Part shown: one piece after another, positions 21,726 through 30,527 of the stretch | Layout of the letters: the number at the start of each line of letters is the position of its first letter | Numbering within the stretch: the first letter of the stretch is position 1 | Origin: Candidatus Latescibacterota bacterium | GTDB taxonomy: Bacteria; Latescibacterota; UBA2968; UBA8231 | Direction: 5' to 3' | Length of the DNA: 64,000 nt | Assembly (NCBI GenBank): GCA_965208105.1 | Contig: OZ242318.1 | Location: forward strand, 160,001 to 224,000 | Notes under the pieces: model-generated | Databases searched by the model: none | The model's input: the letters and a program-made list of their open reading frames with translations, nothing else | What the model was told of the DNA's origin: nothing | Position numbers and translations under genes: made by a program

Positions 21726-21886
21726 TGTCCCGTCGCAGAGATAGGTTGACGAAATTGGGCCGCCGAGGCGCCAGGCTCACAAGGCGCCTGAGCGAGTCGT
21801 ACCAGTGGTGTACGGCGAGTGAAGGCAACGCCGTGAGCCGGGATGGATCGGCGGAAAAATGGCAACATATTTCTGCGACGGGACAC
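21725..21886 (-). mobile_element. MITE-like repeat, family A copy 2 (inverted), target of the IS110-family insertion
   Basis: Reverse complement of copy 1 with TIR GTGTCCCGTCGCAGA/TCTGCGACGGGACAC. Its left TAG is the stop codon of the upstream gene. Confidence 0.88.
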
Positions 21887-21959
21887 TGATATGTATTGAC
21901 GGTTGTCAACCCCCTCCGGGGTGGTCGTTTCGGGTGTTATCTTTGCATGAGTTTGTTCG

Positions 21960-22126
21960 GGAACAGAAGGGACGCTGTAGCGACGGTTGATCCGACTGAT
22001 ATTCGCGGGTTGGTTACCGCCTGTCCTGGGTGCGTCGCGGAGCGGCCTCAATCTAGAGTCGAGGGTCAGCCTGATAGGCGCCTCATAGTGTCTTCGAGGA
22101 TTCTCCTGACCGGTCCCTTCTGTCCC
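21960..22126 (-). ncRNA. Putative bridge/seek RNA of the IS1111-type element
   Basis: A 14-bp enclosing stem (22113-22126 with 21960-21973) holds two stem/internal-loop/stem modules. Loop sequences match the target (GACACTA, TCTAG) and the donor junction (ATATCAG). Transcript ends unknown. Confidence 0.75.
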
Positions 22127-22180
22127 GTTTCGATTTACATGAGCAAAGGTCCTATGCCGGCTTCTGAGACGATGAGCTTA

Positions 22181-23320
22181 TCAGGCGGCGATCCGAGGCC
22201 TCCTGGCCACGAGGCGGCCGGGGCGTTTCTGCTCCCAGGCGATGGCCCAGATGAAACCCAAAAGCTCCCGCGCGATCGCGGTGCAGACTTTGTTTTTCGG
22301 CATCCCTCGCCCACTCAGCCGTCGATAGCGTCCACACAGGCGTTTCTGTGCCTTCCAGGCGATGGCCTGTATGGGGGGTGCGGTCTGTTCGGCGCGTCGT
22401 TGCAAGGCGGCCGTCTTGCGGGCGGGAAAGCGATAGCACCAGGCGGCTTCCACCAGCACGCGCCGCACGTGGGCGTTGCCCGCCTTGGTGATCGCCCCTC
22501 GCTTTTGGCGGGAGCCGCTGGAATGCTCGCTGGGGACCAGACCGACGAAGGCCATCAGTTGGCGCGGCGAGTCAAAGCGGGTGAGGTCCCCCAACTCGGC
22601 CAGGGTCGTAACCGCGGTGAGCGTGTCTACCCCGCGCAGCGCCCTCATAGCCCGCGTCTCCCCTTCCAAAGACCATCCCTCCAGCGCCTGCTGCAGGGCC
22701 TGGTCCAACCCCTGGATCCGACCTTGGGCTTCCTGTACCGCGTCCACGTATTCCTGAAAGACGATCTGCTGGGCCGGATGATCGAAGCGCTGGGTCTGCA
22801 GCCAGCGAAAGTGGGCTTGGGTCCAGCGACTGCGCCCGGAGTAGATCCGGCCGTGGCGCTGCAAGAAGCTGTTCAGCCGCTGGCGCACGCGGCGCTCGGC
22901 GTGCTTGAAGTCTTCCCGGCAGCGCTCCAGATCGCGCATCGCCTCCTGCGCTTCGTCGGGCACCCACACGGGGGTCAACTCGCCGTGTTGGAAAAGCCGC
23001 ACCAGAGACACAGCATCGCGGCGGTCGGTCTTGATGCGGTCGCCCGGCCGACGCGGGATCAGCGAGGGCGCCACCACCGTGCAGGCGTGCCCCAGGGCTG
23101 TGAGCTGACGGTAGACGCCGTAGCCGCAGGGTCCGGCCTCGTAGCAAAACCGCAACGAGGTCCCACCACGGGCCAGTTGGCCCGCCAGCTTGGACAACGC
23201 GGCGCCCGTAGACGGTATCGTTCCATACAGGTCTGGCCCTTTTCGGCCTTCACCGGCCAGGGCGACGGTGATCGAATCTTTATGTATGTCCAAGGCGACG
23301 AATTTCGTAGATTTACGCAT
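22181..23320 (-). CDS. IS110-family transposase/recombinase
   Basis: RuvC-like DEDD residues in ALDIHK, CYEAG and KTDRRDA; C-terminal GLVPSEHSSG and GAITKAGN; GGAGG RBS before ATG 23320. Confidence 0.95.
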   Translation of the reverse strand: MRKSTKFVALDIHKDSITVALAGEGRKGPDLYGTIPSTGAALSKLAGQLARGGTSLRFCYEAGPCGYGVYRQLTALGHACTVVAPSLIPRRPGDRIKTDRRDAVSLVRLFQHGELTPVWVPDEAQEAMRDLERCREDFKHAERRVRQRLNSFLQRHGRIYSGRSRWTQAHFRWLQTQRFDHPAQQIVFQEYVDAVQEAQGRIQGLDQALQQALEGWSLEGETRAMRALRGVDTLTAVTTLAELGDLTRFDSPRQLMAFVGLVPSEHSSGSRQKRGAITKAGNAHVRRVLVEAAWCYRFPARKTAALQRRAEQTAPPIQAIAWKAQKRLCGRYRRLSGRGMPKNKVCTAIARELLGFIWAIAWEQKRPGRLVARRPRIAA

Positions 23321-23580
23321 GGCCTCCTCCTTCTCGCTGGGGATAGGTCTTTGGGTGAACTCCGTTTTCCCAAAGATAACCCCCGACAACCGAGTCGGAG
23401 GAGGTCTTTCATATCTCCGTCAATACATAAGGTCTAGACGTGGCTCAGCCCGGTGAGAAGGGGCAGGGCCTGACAGGCCTCCGTACCCGCTCGGCGAGGC
23501 GGGGCTTCTCCCGTGACCACAACCTTAGTACAATACCCTGGTCGATTCGGCTCCCGGTACCCCGAACTTAATCCAAGGAG

Positions 23581-25233
23581 ATGCAACGCATGGACGCAGA
23601 ACGAGAGCGAGCGCGCTGGCGCCGCCGGCGGATCATCTACAACAACGACGGCGACGACGTGATCGAAGCCCGCCCCGAGGGCGATGAGCACGACCACGAC
23701 GTCAACGAATCTCTCATGGTGCGCTCCAGCGACGATCTGGTTCAGGATTATCTGGCCGCCCGCAGCACTCCATTGATCGGCTCGCAGGTGGACAGCAACT
23801 GGTTCGCCACCGCCATGGCCGGGCTCACCTTCTCCCACCAGACCAGGCTGGGAGGATTCTACGGCAAGGGGGTTCCCCTGGAGCTGGTGGAGAGGTACGG
23901 GCGCGACCCCCTGCAGATCCAGCTGGACTTCAGCCGCGAAAACGGCATGGAGGCGGCCTGGGCCCTGCGCATGAACGATGTCCACGACGCCTTCCCCATG
24001 GGTTCGCGCAGATATACCTACGGTCTGGCCAGGTTCAAGCGGGAAAACCCGGGTTACATGATCGGCGAGGATGGCGACTGGGAGAAATTCGCGGACGACC
24101 CGGTCAAACGGGCATGGACGCGATTGGACTTCGCCATTCCGGAGGTCCGCGACCACATCTTCGCCGTAATCGAGGAGGTGGCGGAGAACTACGACGTGGA
24201 CCTCATCGGAATGGAGTTCTTCAAGTACTGGCCCTTCTTCCGCGAGTCCATGGAGTTGGATCCCGTAACGCCCGAGCACTTGGAGATCATGAACGACCTT
24301 CTGCGCCGCATTCGCCGCATGGCGGACGGGGTCGCCGCCCGCCGCGGCCGCCCGCTGCTTTTGGCAGCCCACACACCCTTCAGCCTGGAGGATTGCGTCC
24401 ACGTCGGGGTGGACCTGGAAACCTGGCTCAAGGAAGATCTGATCGACCAGTTCTGCCCCGGAGGCAATTACGAGTCGGTCCTGCGCGATTCCTACCACGG
24501 CATCGTCGACCTGGGACACAGGTACGAGGTCCCCGTATATCCCTGCCTCTCCTGGGGGTTCTGGGACCGCTGGGTATTTCACCGGAGCGACGGCAAGTAC
24601 AGGCGGTTCGACGATTGGGTAAAGAACCTGTACGGGGGACAGCCGGAGCGCATCGGCTGTCCGGAGTACGTCGCGCTGTTCAACGGGTGGGAGGGCTCGT
24701 TCCCCGCCTGGCGCGGCGCCGCCATGAACCTGCTCAACGCCGGAGCCGATGGACTCTACCTCTTCAATCCCGCCCTCGGTGATCCGCGGGTGTGGCGGGA
24801 GATCGGCGAGGTGTCCTCCATGGCGGGGAAGGACCGCCTCTACGGCATCGATCGTTTCCCCGCCGGCGACAGCTTCAATGACGTCGCCGAAGTGTACCTG
24901 AAGCCCGGCATGCCGGTAGCCGCCAGCTTTCAGGTCGGAGAGGACGTGGGGACCAGCGGTGCAAACAGGCTGGATTTCAGCCTCCACCTGTGGAACCACG
25001 CGGCGGGCGACCGGGTGGCGGTAAAACTGAACGGGACTTCGGTCCCCGGCTTGAAGCCGGCCGAGCCCGGGAGGAACCCGGAGCGGGGCCAGTGGCTCGA
25101 AGGCGAGGTCGAAGCCCGCCAGGTGAACCGGGGCGAGAACCAGTTGGAGGTTGCCGTCGAGGAACGGGGCGGATCAGCCTCCGACACCCTGGTCATGGAC
25201 TCGGCCCAGCTCCGGGTCCGCTGCGAGCGCTGA
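23581..25233 (+). CDS. Hypothetical glycoside-hydrolase-like TIM-barrel protein (GHL10/DUF187-like) with C-terminal beta-sandwich
   Basis: IIYNNDGDD, LRMNDVH, LDFAIPEVRD, NYDVD and GADGLYLFN motifs; AAGGAG RBS. Confidence 0.55.
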   Translation: MQRMDAERERARWRRRRIIYNNDGDDVIEARPEGDEHDHDVNESLMVRSSDDLVQDYLAARSTPLIGSQVDSNWFATAMAGLTFSHQTRLGGFYGKGVPLELVERYGRDPLQIQLDFSRENGMEAAWALRMNDVHDAFPMGSRRYTYGLARFKRENPGYMIGEDGDWEKFADDPVKRAWTRLDFAIPEVRDHIFAVIEEVAENYDVDLIGMEFFKYWPFFRESMELDPVTPEHLEIMNDLLRRIRRMADGVAARRGRPLLLAAHTPFSLEDCVHVGVDLETWLKEDLIDQFCPGGNYESVLRDSYHGIVDLGHRYEVPVYPCLSWGFWDRWVFHRSDGKYRRFDDWVKNLYGGQPERIGCPEYVALFNGWEGSFPAWRGAAMNLLNAGADGLYLFNPALGDPRVWREIGEVSSMAGKDRLYGIDRFPAGDSFNDVAEVYLKPGMPVAASFQVGEDVGTSGANRLDFSLHLWNHAAGDRVAVKLNGTSVPGLKPAEPGRNPERGQWLEGEVEARQVNRGENQLEVAVEERGGSASDTLVMDSAQLRVRCER

Positions 25234-25302
25234 GCCCTCCTGCAGGGCCGAGTGGGTGAGTTGCCCGGAACCCTGCTCCGCGTTCCGGAAAGGTTGAATT
25301 AA

Positions 25303-26790
25303 ATGGCGCGACCGAACCTGCTGTTCATCTACACCGACCAGCAGCGGCCCGACTCCCTGGCCGCTTACGGAAACGACCTCATCGAGATGCCCAACCTCAA
25401 CAGGCTGGCCGAAGAGAGCGTCGTGTTCGAGCGGACCTACGTTTCCCAGCCGGTGTGCCAGCCCTCGCGCTCGACCCTCCTCACCGGCCTCATTCCTCAC
25501 ACTGCCGGGGTGGACACGGGCCACATATTCTCTCCCCTCAAGCGGGAGACTCCCTGCCTGCCGGAGCTGGTCGAGGGCGGCGACTACGTCTGCGCCCACT
25601 ACGGCAAATGGCACCTGGGAGACGACGTCTTCCCCCAGCACGGGTTCGACGACTGGATCAGCATCGAGGACGCCCAGCACCGCCCGGTCTACACCGAGGG
25701 CAGGGATTCCTTCCGGCACTGCACCTACCACGATTTTCTGGTGGAGCAGGGTTTTGAGCCGGACCAGGTTGAGGCGGATGGGTTCGAGGCATTCAGCCTG
25801 GGCTACTGCGCCCGTCTGCCCGAGGAGTACGGCAAACCGGCGTTCCTCGCCCGCCATGCGTCCCGCTTCATTCGCGAAAACAGGGAGCACCCCTTCATCC
25901 TCTACGTGAGTATCTTCGAGCCCCACCAGCCCTACTTCGGGCCCCGCGACGGCCAGTACGATCCGCAAGAGGTCACCTTGCCCGCCAACTTCGCCAACGT
26001 GCCCACCGAGGAGCAGGCCCTCAAGGCCCGGGTCCTGTACCACATATACGAGGAGAGCGGGTTCGGCGTTCCGCTCAGGACGGAGGCAGACTGGCGCGGA
26101 CTGATTGCAAGATACTGGGGTCTGTGCAGCCTGGTGGACACTCACGTGGGGACGATTCTGGACACCCTGGAGGAGTGCGGCCTGAAAGACGAGACCATCG
26201 TCGTCTTCACTTCAGACCACGGCGACATGATGGGCAGCCATCGCCTCAGGGGGAAGGGCCTCATGTTCGAGGAATCGGTGCGCGTGCCGCTCCTGATCCG
26301 CCAGCCGGGGCAGCGGGCATGCCAACGGGTCGGGGGGCCCGTTGGTCAGGTGGACCTCATGCCGACCCTGCTGGACTTGATGGATCAGCCCGTCCCCGGC
26401 CACCTGCAGGGCAAGAGCCTGGGGCCCCTGATCCGGGGGAGCGGGACACGGGCCTCAGACCGGGACGTGTTCATCGAGTGGGAAGGGCCGCTGCCCATGG
26501 ACCATCTGCCCGAGGTGATGAAGGGCGTGGTTTCGGAGGAGGAGGCCGCGGCCAGCTTCACCGATCCGGTGCGCTGCATAGTCAGCCCCGACGGGTGGAA
26601 ATTCACCTGCAGCCGCCTGGGCGAGCACGAACTCTACAATCTCGACCAGGACCCCATCGAAGCCCGCAACCTGGCGCGGGACCCCCGATACCGCTCCGTC
26701 ATGCGAGACCTGGGAAGGAGAATCAGGCGCTGGCAGGTGGAAACGGGGGACACCCTGGACCTGGGGCCGGCGATCGAGTCGCTCCATTGA
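25303..26790 (+). CDS. Sulfatase (formylglycine-dependent, Cys type)
   Basis: PNLLFIYTDQ, CQPSRSTLLTG, GKWHLG, FTSDHG and ELYNLDQDP motifs. Confidence 0.92.
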   Translation: MARPNLLFIYTDQQRPDSLAAYGNDLIEMPNLNRLAEESVVFERTYVSQPVCQPSRSTLLTGLIPHTAGVDTGHIFSPLKRETPCLPELVEGGDYVCAHYGKWHLGDDVFPQHGFDDWISIEDAQHRPVYTEGRDSFRHCTYHDFLVEQGFEPDQVEADGFEAFSLGYCARLPEEYGKPAFLARHASRFIRENREHPFILYVSIFEPHQPYFGPRDGQYDPQEVTLPANFANVPTEEQALKARVLYHIYEESGFGVPLRTEADWRGLIARYWGLCSLVDTHVGTILDTLEECGLKDETIVVFTSDHGDMMGSHRLRGKGLMFEESVRVPLLIRQPGQRACQRVGGPVGQVDLMPTLLDLMDQPVPGHLQGKSLGPLIRGSGTRASDRDVFIEWEGPLPMDHLPEVMKGVVSEEEAAASFTDPVRCIVSPDGWKFTCSRLGEHELYNLDQDPIEARNLARDPRYRSVMRDLGRRIRRWQVETGDTLDLGPAIESLH

Positions 26791-26886
26791 AACCCAGGAA
26801 TATCGCAGGCATCCGCGCCGGCAGTCCCCAGCCGCCCGCCCGTCCTTTCCGCGCTTTCAATGCCGGGAGGGGATTGGCTCTTCAGG

Positions 26887-27918
26887 TCAGGCGCGGTCCG
26901 GGTCTCCCTGAGGCCAGCGCTGAAACGAGGAAGGAGGAGAGGCGGAGAGCCGCTCCCGGGCTTCTCGCCAGAGCGCCGCCCAGGCTCCGGCGTCGGGAAG
27001 GACCCTCTCCGGTGCGGCGCGGCTGCGGGCTACGAAGCCGGGAAACCAGGGCCTGCCGGTGGGCTCGCCCACAGGCTGGTAGCGCAGGTCCACGCTCCAG
27101 CGCACGTCCCGGCTGAGATTGGGCAGGGAGGCGTGCATGGTCAGCTTGGTCAGGAAGAGCACGTCTCCAGGTTCCATCTCCAGGGCAACCCGCCGGTCTC
27201 CCACCAGGTCCTCGGGTATGGCCTGCCGGCTGTAGTTCGCCCTGGGATCGTGGCAGTGGGTCGCCAGGCCCTTCTTGTGGCTCCCCGGAGCGACCAGCAG
27301 GCAGCCGTTTTCCCGGGTAGAGCTGGTGATGGGTATCCACACGGTAAGCATTCGGCTCCCGTCAGCTTCGGGCATCACCGTGGCCAGGTCCTGGTGCCAG
27401 ACGGCGCGGGCGATCTCGCCGACGACGGTGGTGTCCCCGGCCAGGAACTCCTCGGGCGGTTTGATGCGCACGTGCTGGGTCGGATTGGCATAGATTTCCG
27501 GGCCCACGATCTGCTCCACCGCGTCCAGCAATCGCGGGTTTGTGAGCAGCCCGAAGGTGGCGGGACCGCAGTGGACCTGGCTGTTGGCGTCGATGCCCCT
27601 CTGTGGCAGGCAGATGTCCATGTGGTTCATCAGCGCTCCCCCCATTTCCTCGACCAGGGCGCAGAAGCGCCGGCCGAAGGGCAGGTCCGCATAGGTGGAG
27701 GAGACCACTCCTTCGACGTGCAGCCGCCGGGCCACCGCGTCCAGCAGGGAGTGATACTCGGAGCGCAAAGGTCCCAGGTCCCTTTCGGGATCGAGAAGGC
27801 CCGGCAGGACCAGGTAGCCGTCCTCGGCGAGGCGGTCCCGGGCGCCGGCGTCCAAAGGCCGGGCAGGGTGGGGCGCATTTTGCTGGAGGCTTTTCAGGGT
27901 TGTTTTGCTTTTCGTCAT
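26887..27918 (-). CDS. Phytanoyl-CoA dioxygenase (PhyH) family Fe/2OG dioxygenase
   Basis: WHQD, TVWIP, NGCLLVAPGSH and distal HASLPN...RWS. Confidence 0.88.
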   Translation of the reverse strand: MTKSKTTLKSLQQNAPHPARPLDAGARDRLAEDGYLVLPGLLDPERDLGPLRSEYHSLLDAVARRLHVEGVVSSTYADLPFGRRFCALVEEMGGALMNHMDICLPQRGIDANSQVHCGPATFGLLTNPRLLDAVEQIVGPEIYANPTQHVRIKPPEEFLAGDTTVVGEIARAVWHQDLATVMPEADGSRMLTVWIPITSSTRENGCLLVAPGSHKKGLATHCHDPRANYSRQAIPEDLVGDRRVALEMEPGDVLFLTKLTMHASLPNLSRDVRWSVDLRYQPVGEPTGRPWFPGFVARSRAAPERVLPDAGAWAALWREARERLSASPPSSFQRWPQGDPDRA

Positions 27919-28300
27919 GAGGGTCGAAGGATGAGCGGAGTATTTTAGTCGTCGGCGTCGAGCCCGTTGCCGGATGCGCGGCAGCCGGGGAGGCTGAGGT
28001 CTGGGGCGATGGCTGTACCCGCGTTTCTCTCCCCAGGCTGAACGGCTTCCCGCCTTTTATCTGAATTACGGAGAGAATGGATTATAGAGAGAATCTCCAG
28101 CGGAGACAAGACGGCCGCGGGTTGCTCGGCACGTTGGTCCCGGGGCCGGCGTGTTCCATCCCATGGCCACTTGTGGATGCGCGGGGGCCTTCTTGCAGAG
28201 AAATCCGGGTTTCCTTAGTTTGTCCGGCCTGCCGGTTGCGAAGACCGGGAGATTTCCGGGGACGACTTGGGGTCCTGGACGCGCAGAGAAAGGCGGAAGC

Positions 28301-29644
28301 ATGGGAAAGGCAAATGAAGAACTGAAGGATAGAATCTGCAGCATCGTCGACAGCAACAAGGACCGCATCATCGGGCTGGGGGAGGCCATCATGGACGATC
28401 CCGAGCTGGGTTTCAAGGAGGTGCGCACGGCGGACCGGGTGAAGGAGACCCTGGGAGACATCGGGATGACCTTCAGCGATGGCCTTGCCCTGACGGGGGT
28501 GAAGGCGGTGCTGGAAGGGAAGAAGTCCGGGCCCACCGTGGCCCTCATGGGCGAACTGGATGCGCTGGTGGTGCCCGATCATCCGCGCGCCAACCCGCAG
28601 ACCGGCGCCGCCCATGCCTGCGGCCACAACGCCCAGATCGCCGGCCTCATGGGGGCAGCTCTCGCCCTGTCCGAGGCCGGGGCGGCCGAGCACATGTCAG
28701 GCAGGGTGGCCTTCTTCGCGGTGCCGGCCGAGGAATACGTGGAAATCAAGTACCGCCTCGGCCTCGTGAGGGAAGGAAAAACCGGATTCATTGCCGGCAA
28801 GCCCGAGCTGGTGCGTCTCGGTCACTTCGACGACGTGGACATGGCGGTGATGATTCACAGCAACAGTATGGACCGGTCCGAGGGGTGCATGGGGGTAGGG
28901 GAGTCGAACAACGGGTTTCTGGCCAAGAGCATCCGCTTCGTGGGCAGGGCCTCCCACGCCGGCACCTATCCCGAAAAGGGGGTAAACGCCCTCAATGCCG
29001 CCACTCTCGCCCTGAGCGCCATCCACGCCCAGCGCGAGACCTTCCGGGACCGGGACTGCGTGCGGGTGCATCCGATCATTACCAAGGGAGGTGACCTGGT
29101 GAACATCGTTCCTTCCCAGGTTTCCCTGGAGACCTACGTCCGCGCCAGGACCCGGGAAGCCATGATTGATGCCTCGCGCAAGGTGGACCGGGCCCTGCGG
29201 GGGGCCGCCATGGCCATGGGATGCAAAGTCGAGATCGAGACCGCGCCGGGCGCCATGCCGCTGCACAACGACAAGGATCTGACAGAGGTATTTCGCGACA
29301 ACGCCGCCCGCCTCTTCGGGGCGGAGGAATACAGGGACTATCCCCACAGCGGTGGTTCCACAGACGCTGGGGATTTGAGCCAGATCATGCCGGTGCTGCA
29401 TCCGTTCATGACGGGTGCCCGGGGAACGAACCACGCTCCCGACTGGCACATCGGCGATCTCGAGGCGGGCTACCTGGCGCCGGCCAAGACCCTGGCCATG
29501 ATGGCCGTCGACCTGTTGAGCGACGACGCCGCCCTTGCCCGCAGGATAAAGGGAGATAGCAAGCCGCCCATGAGCCGGGAGGATTACCTGCGGCAACAGA
29601 ATGAATCATTTCGCCAGGAAGTCTTCGACGGAGCGGAAGAATAG
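28301..29644 (+). CDS. M20-family amidohydrolase
   Basis: PELGFKE, GELDAL, HACGHN, PAEE and GSTD motifs. Confidence 0.9.
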   Translation: MGKANEELKDRICSIVDSNKDRIIGLGEAIMDDPELGFKEVRTADRVKETLGDIGMTFSDGLALTGVKAVLEGKKSGPTVALMGELDALVVPDHPRANPQTGAAHACGHNAQIAGLMGAALALSEAGAAEHMSGRVAFFAVPAEEYVEIKYRLGLVREGKTGFIAGKPELVRLGHFDDVDMAVMIHSNSMDRSEGCMGVGESNNGFLAKSIRFVGRASHAGTYPEKGVNALNAATLALSAIHAQRETFRDRDCVRVHPIITKGGDLVNIVPSQVSLETYVRARTREAMIDASRKVDRALRGAAMAMGCKVEIETAPGAMPLHNDKDLTEVFRDNAARLFGAEEYRDYPHSGGSTDAGDLSQIMPVLHPFMTGARGTNHAPDWHIGDLEAGYLAPAKTLAMMAVDLLSDDAALARRIKGDSKPPMSREDYLRQQNESFRQEVFDGAEE

Positions 29645-29656
29645 GAGGGACCGGAA

Positions 29657-30421
29657 GTGAGACTAGGCCTGGTGACCTACAACCTCGCCAGGGATTGGGA
29701 CCTGGAGACCATCATCGGGAACTGCGAGGAAACGGGATTTGAGGGAGTGGAGCTGCGCACTACCCACGCCCACGGGGTGGAGGTGGATCTCAGCGCGGAG
29801 CAGCGCGCCGCGGTCCGCCGGCGCTTCGAGGAATCGGCCGTCGAACTGGCCGGTCTGGGCAGCGCCTTCGAGTACCACGCACTGGACCAGGGGGAATTGC
29901 GCCGCAACATCGAGGGGACCAAGGAATACGCCGAGCTTGCCCGGGACGTGGGGGCGCCCGGGGTGAAGGTCCGCCCCAACGGGGTTCACGACGAAGCCGG
30001 GGTGCCGCGGGAGAAGACCTTTGAACAGATCGGCCTCGCCCTGCGCGAGTGCGGGGAATCCGCCGCCGGTTGCGGGGTGGAGATACGCCTGGAAGTGCAT
30101 GGCCCGATCACCTGCCATCCTCCCTACATCCGCAGGATCCTGGACCATGCTGGCCACGACAACGTCCTGGCCTGCTGGAATTCCAACATGGACGACCTCG
30201 ACGGCGGCGGCATAGACGCGAATTTCGCCCTGCTGCGGGATCGCATGGGCCTGGTGCACATCAACGAGTTGTGGAGCGGATATCCCTGGAAACGGCTCTT
30301 CCAGTTGCTCGAGGAGAGTTCCTACCAGGGCTATTGCCTGGCGGAGATTCCCCCCAGTGAGGATCCCCTGTGCCTCATGCGCTACTACCGTGCCCTGTGG
30401 AGTGAGCTGGCGGGAGGGTAG
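29657..30421 (+). CDS. Sugar phosphate isomerase/epimerase (xylose isomerase-like TIM barrel)
   Basis: GFEGVELR, LEVH and VHINE motifs; AGGAGG RBS. Confidence 0.8.
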   Translation: MRLGLVTYNLARDWDLETIIGNCEETGFEGVELRTTHAHGVEVDLSAEQRAAVRRRFEESAVELAGLGSAFEYHALDQGELRRNIEGTKEYAELARDVGAPGVKVRPNGVHDEAGVPREKTFEQIGLALRECGESAAGCGVEIRLEVHGPITCHPPYIRRILDHAGHDNVLACWNSNMDDLDGGGIDANFALLRDRMGLVHINELWSGYPWKRLFQLLEESSYQGYCLAEIPPSEDPLCLMRYYRALWSELAGG

Positions 30422-30466
30422 GAGACGGTTCAGGGGACAGGGCGGGATAGGCCGACCTGCAAGCGC

Positions 30467-30504
30467 CGCCCGGCTGCCGCGAGGGCAGCCGGGCGCATCT
30501 TTTT
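30467..30504 (+). terminator. Intrinsic terminator between convergent genes
   Basis: 12-bp stem CGCCCGGCTGCC/GGCAGCCGGGCG followed by CATCTTTTT. Confidence 0.6.
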
Positions 30505-30527
30505 CAGCTGCACCCGGCCCTGCAGTT

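Larger units (their letters stand above)
21888..23435 (-). mobile_element. IS110-family insertion sequence, IS1111-type
   Basis: 13-bp sub-terminal inverted repeats TATGTATTGACGG (21890-21902) and CCGTCAATACATA (23417-23429). CT core at both junctions (21886-87, 23434-35). Long non-coding region 3' of the transposase. Confidence 0.88.

Noticed and set aside
21896-23437. 513-aa plus-strand ORF spanning the IS
   Set aside because: Antisense shadow of the transposase in GC-rich DNA with no recognisable motifs.
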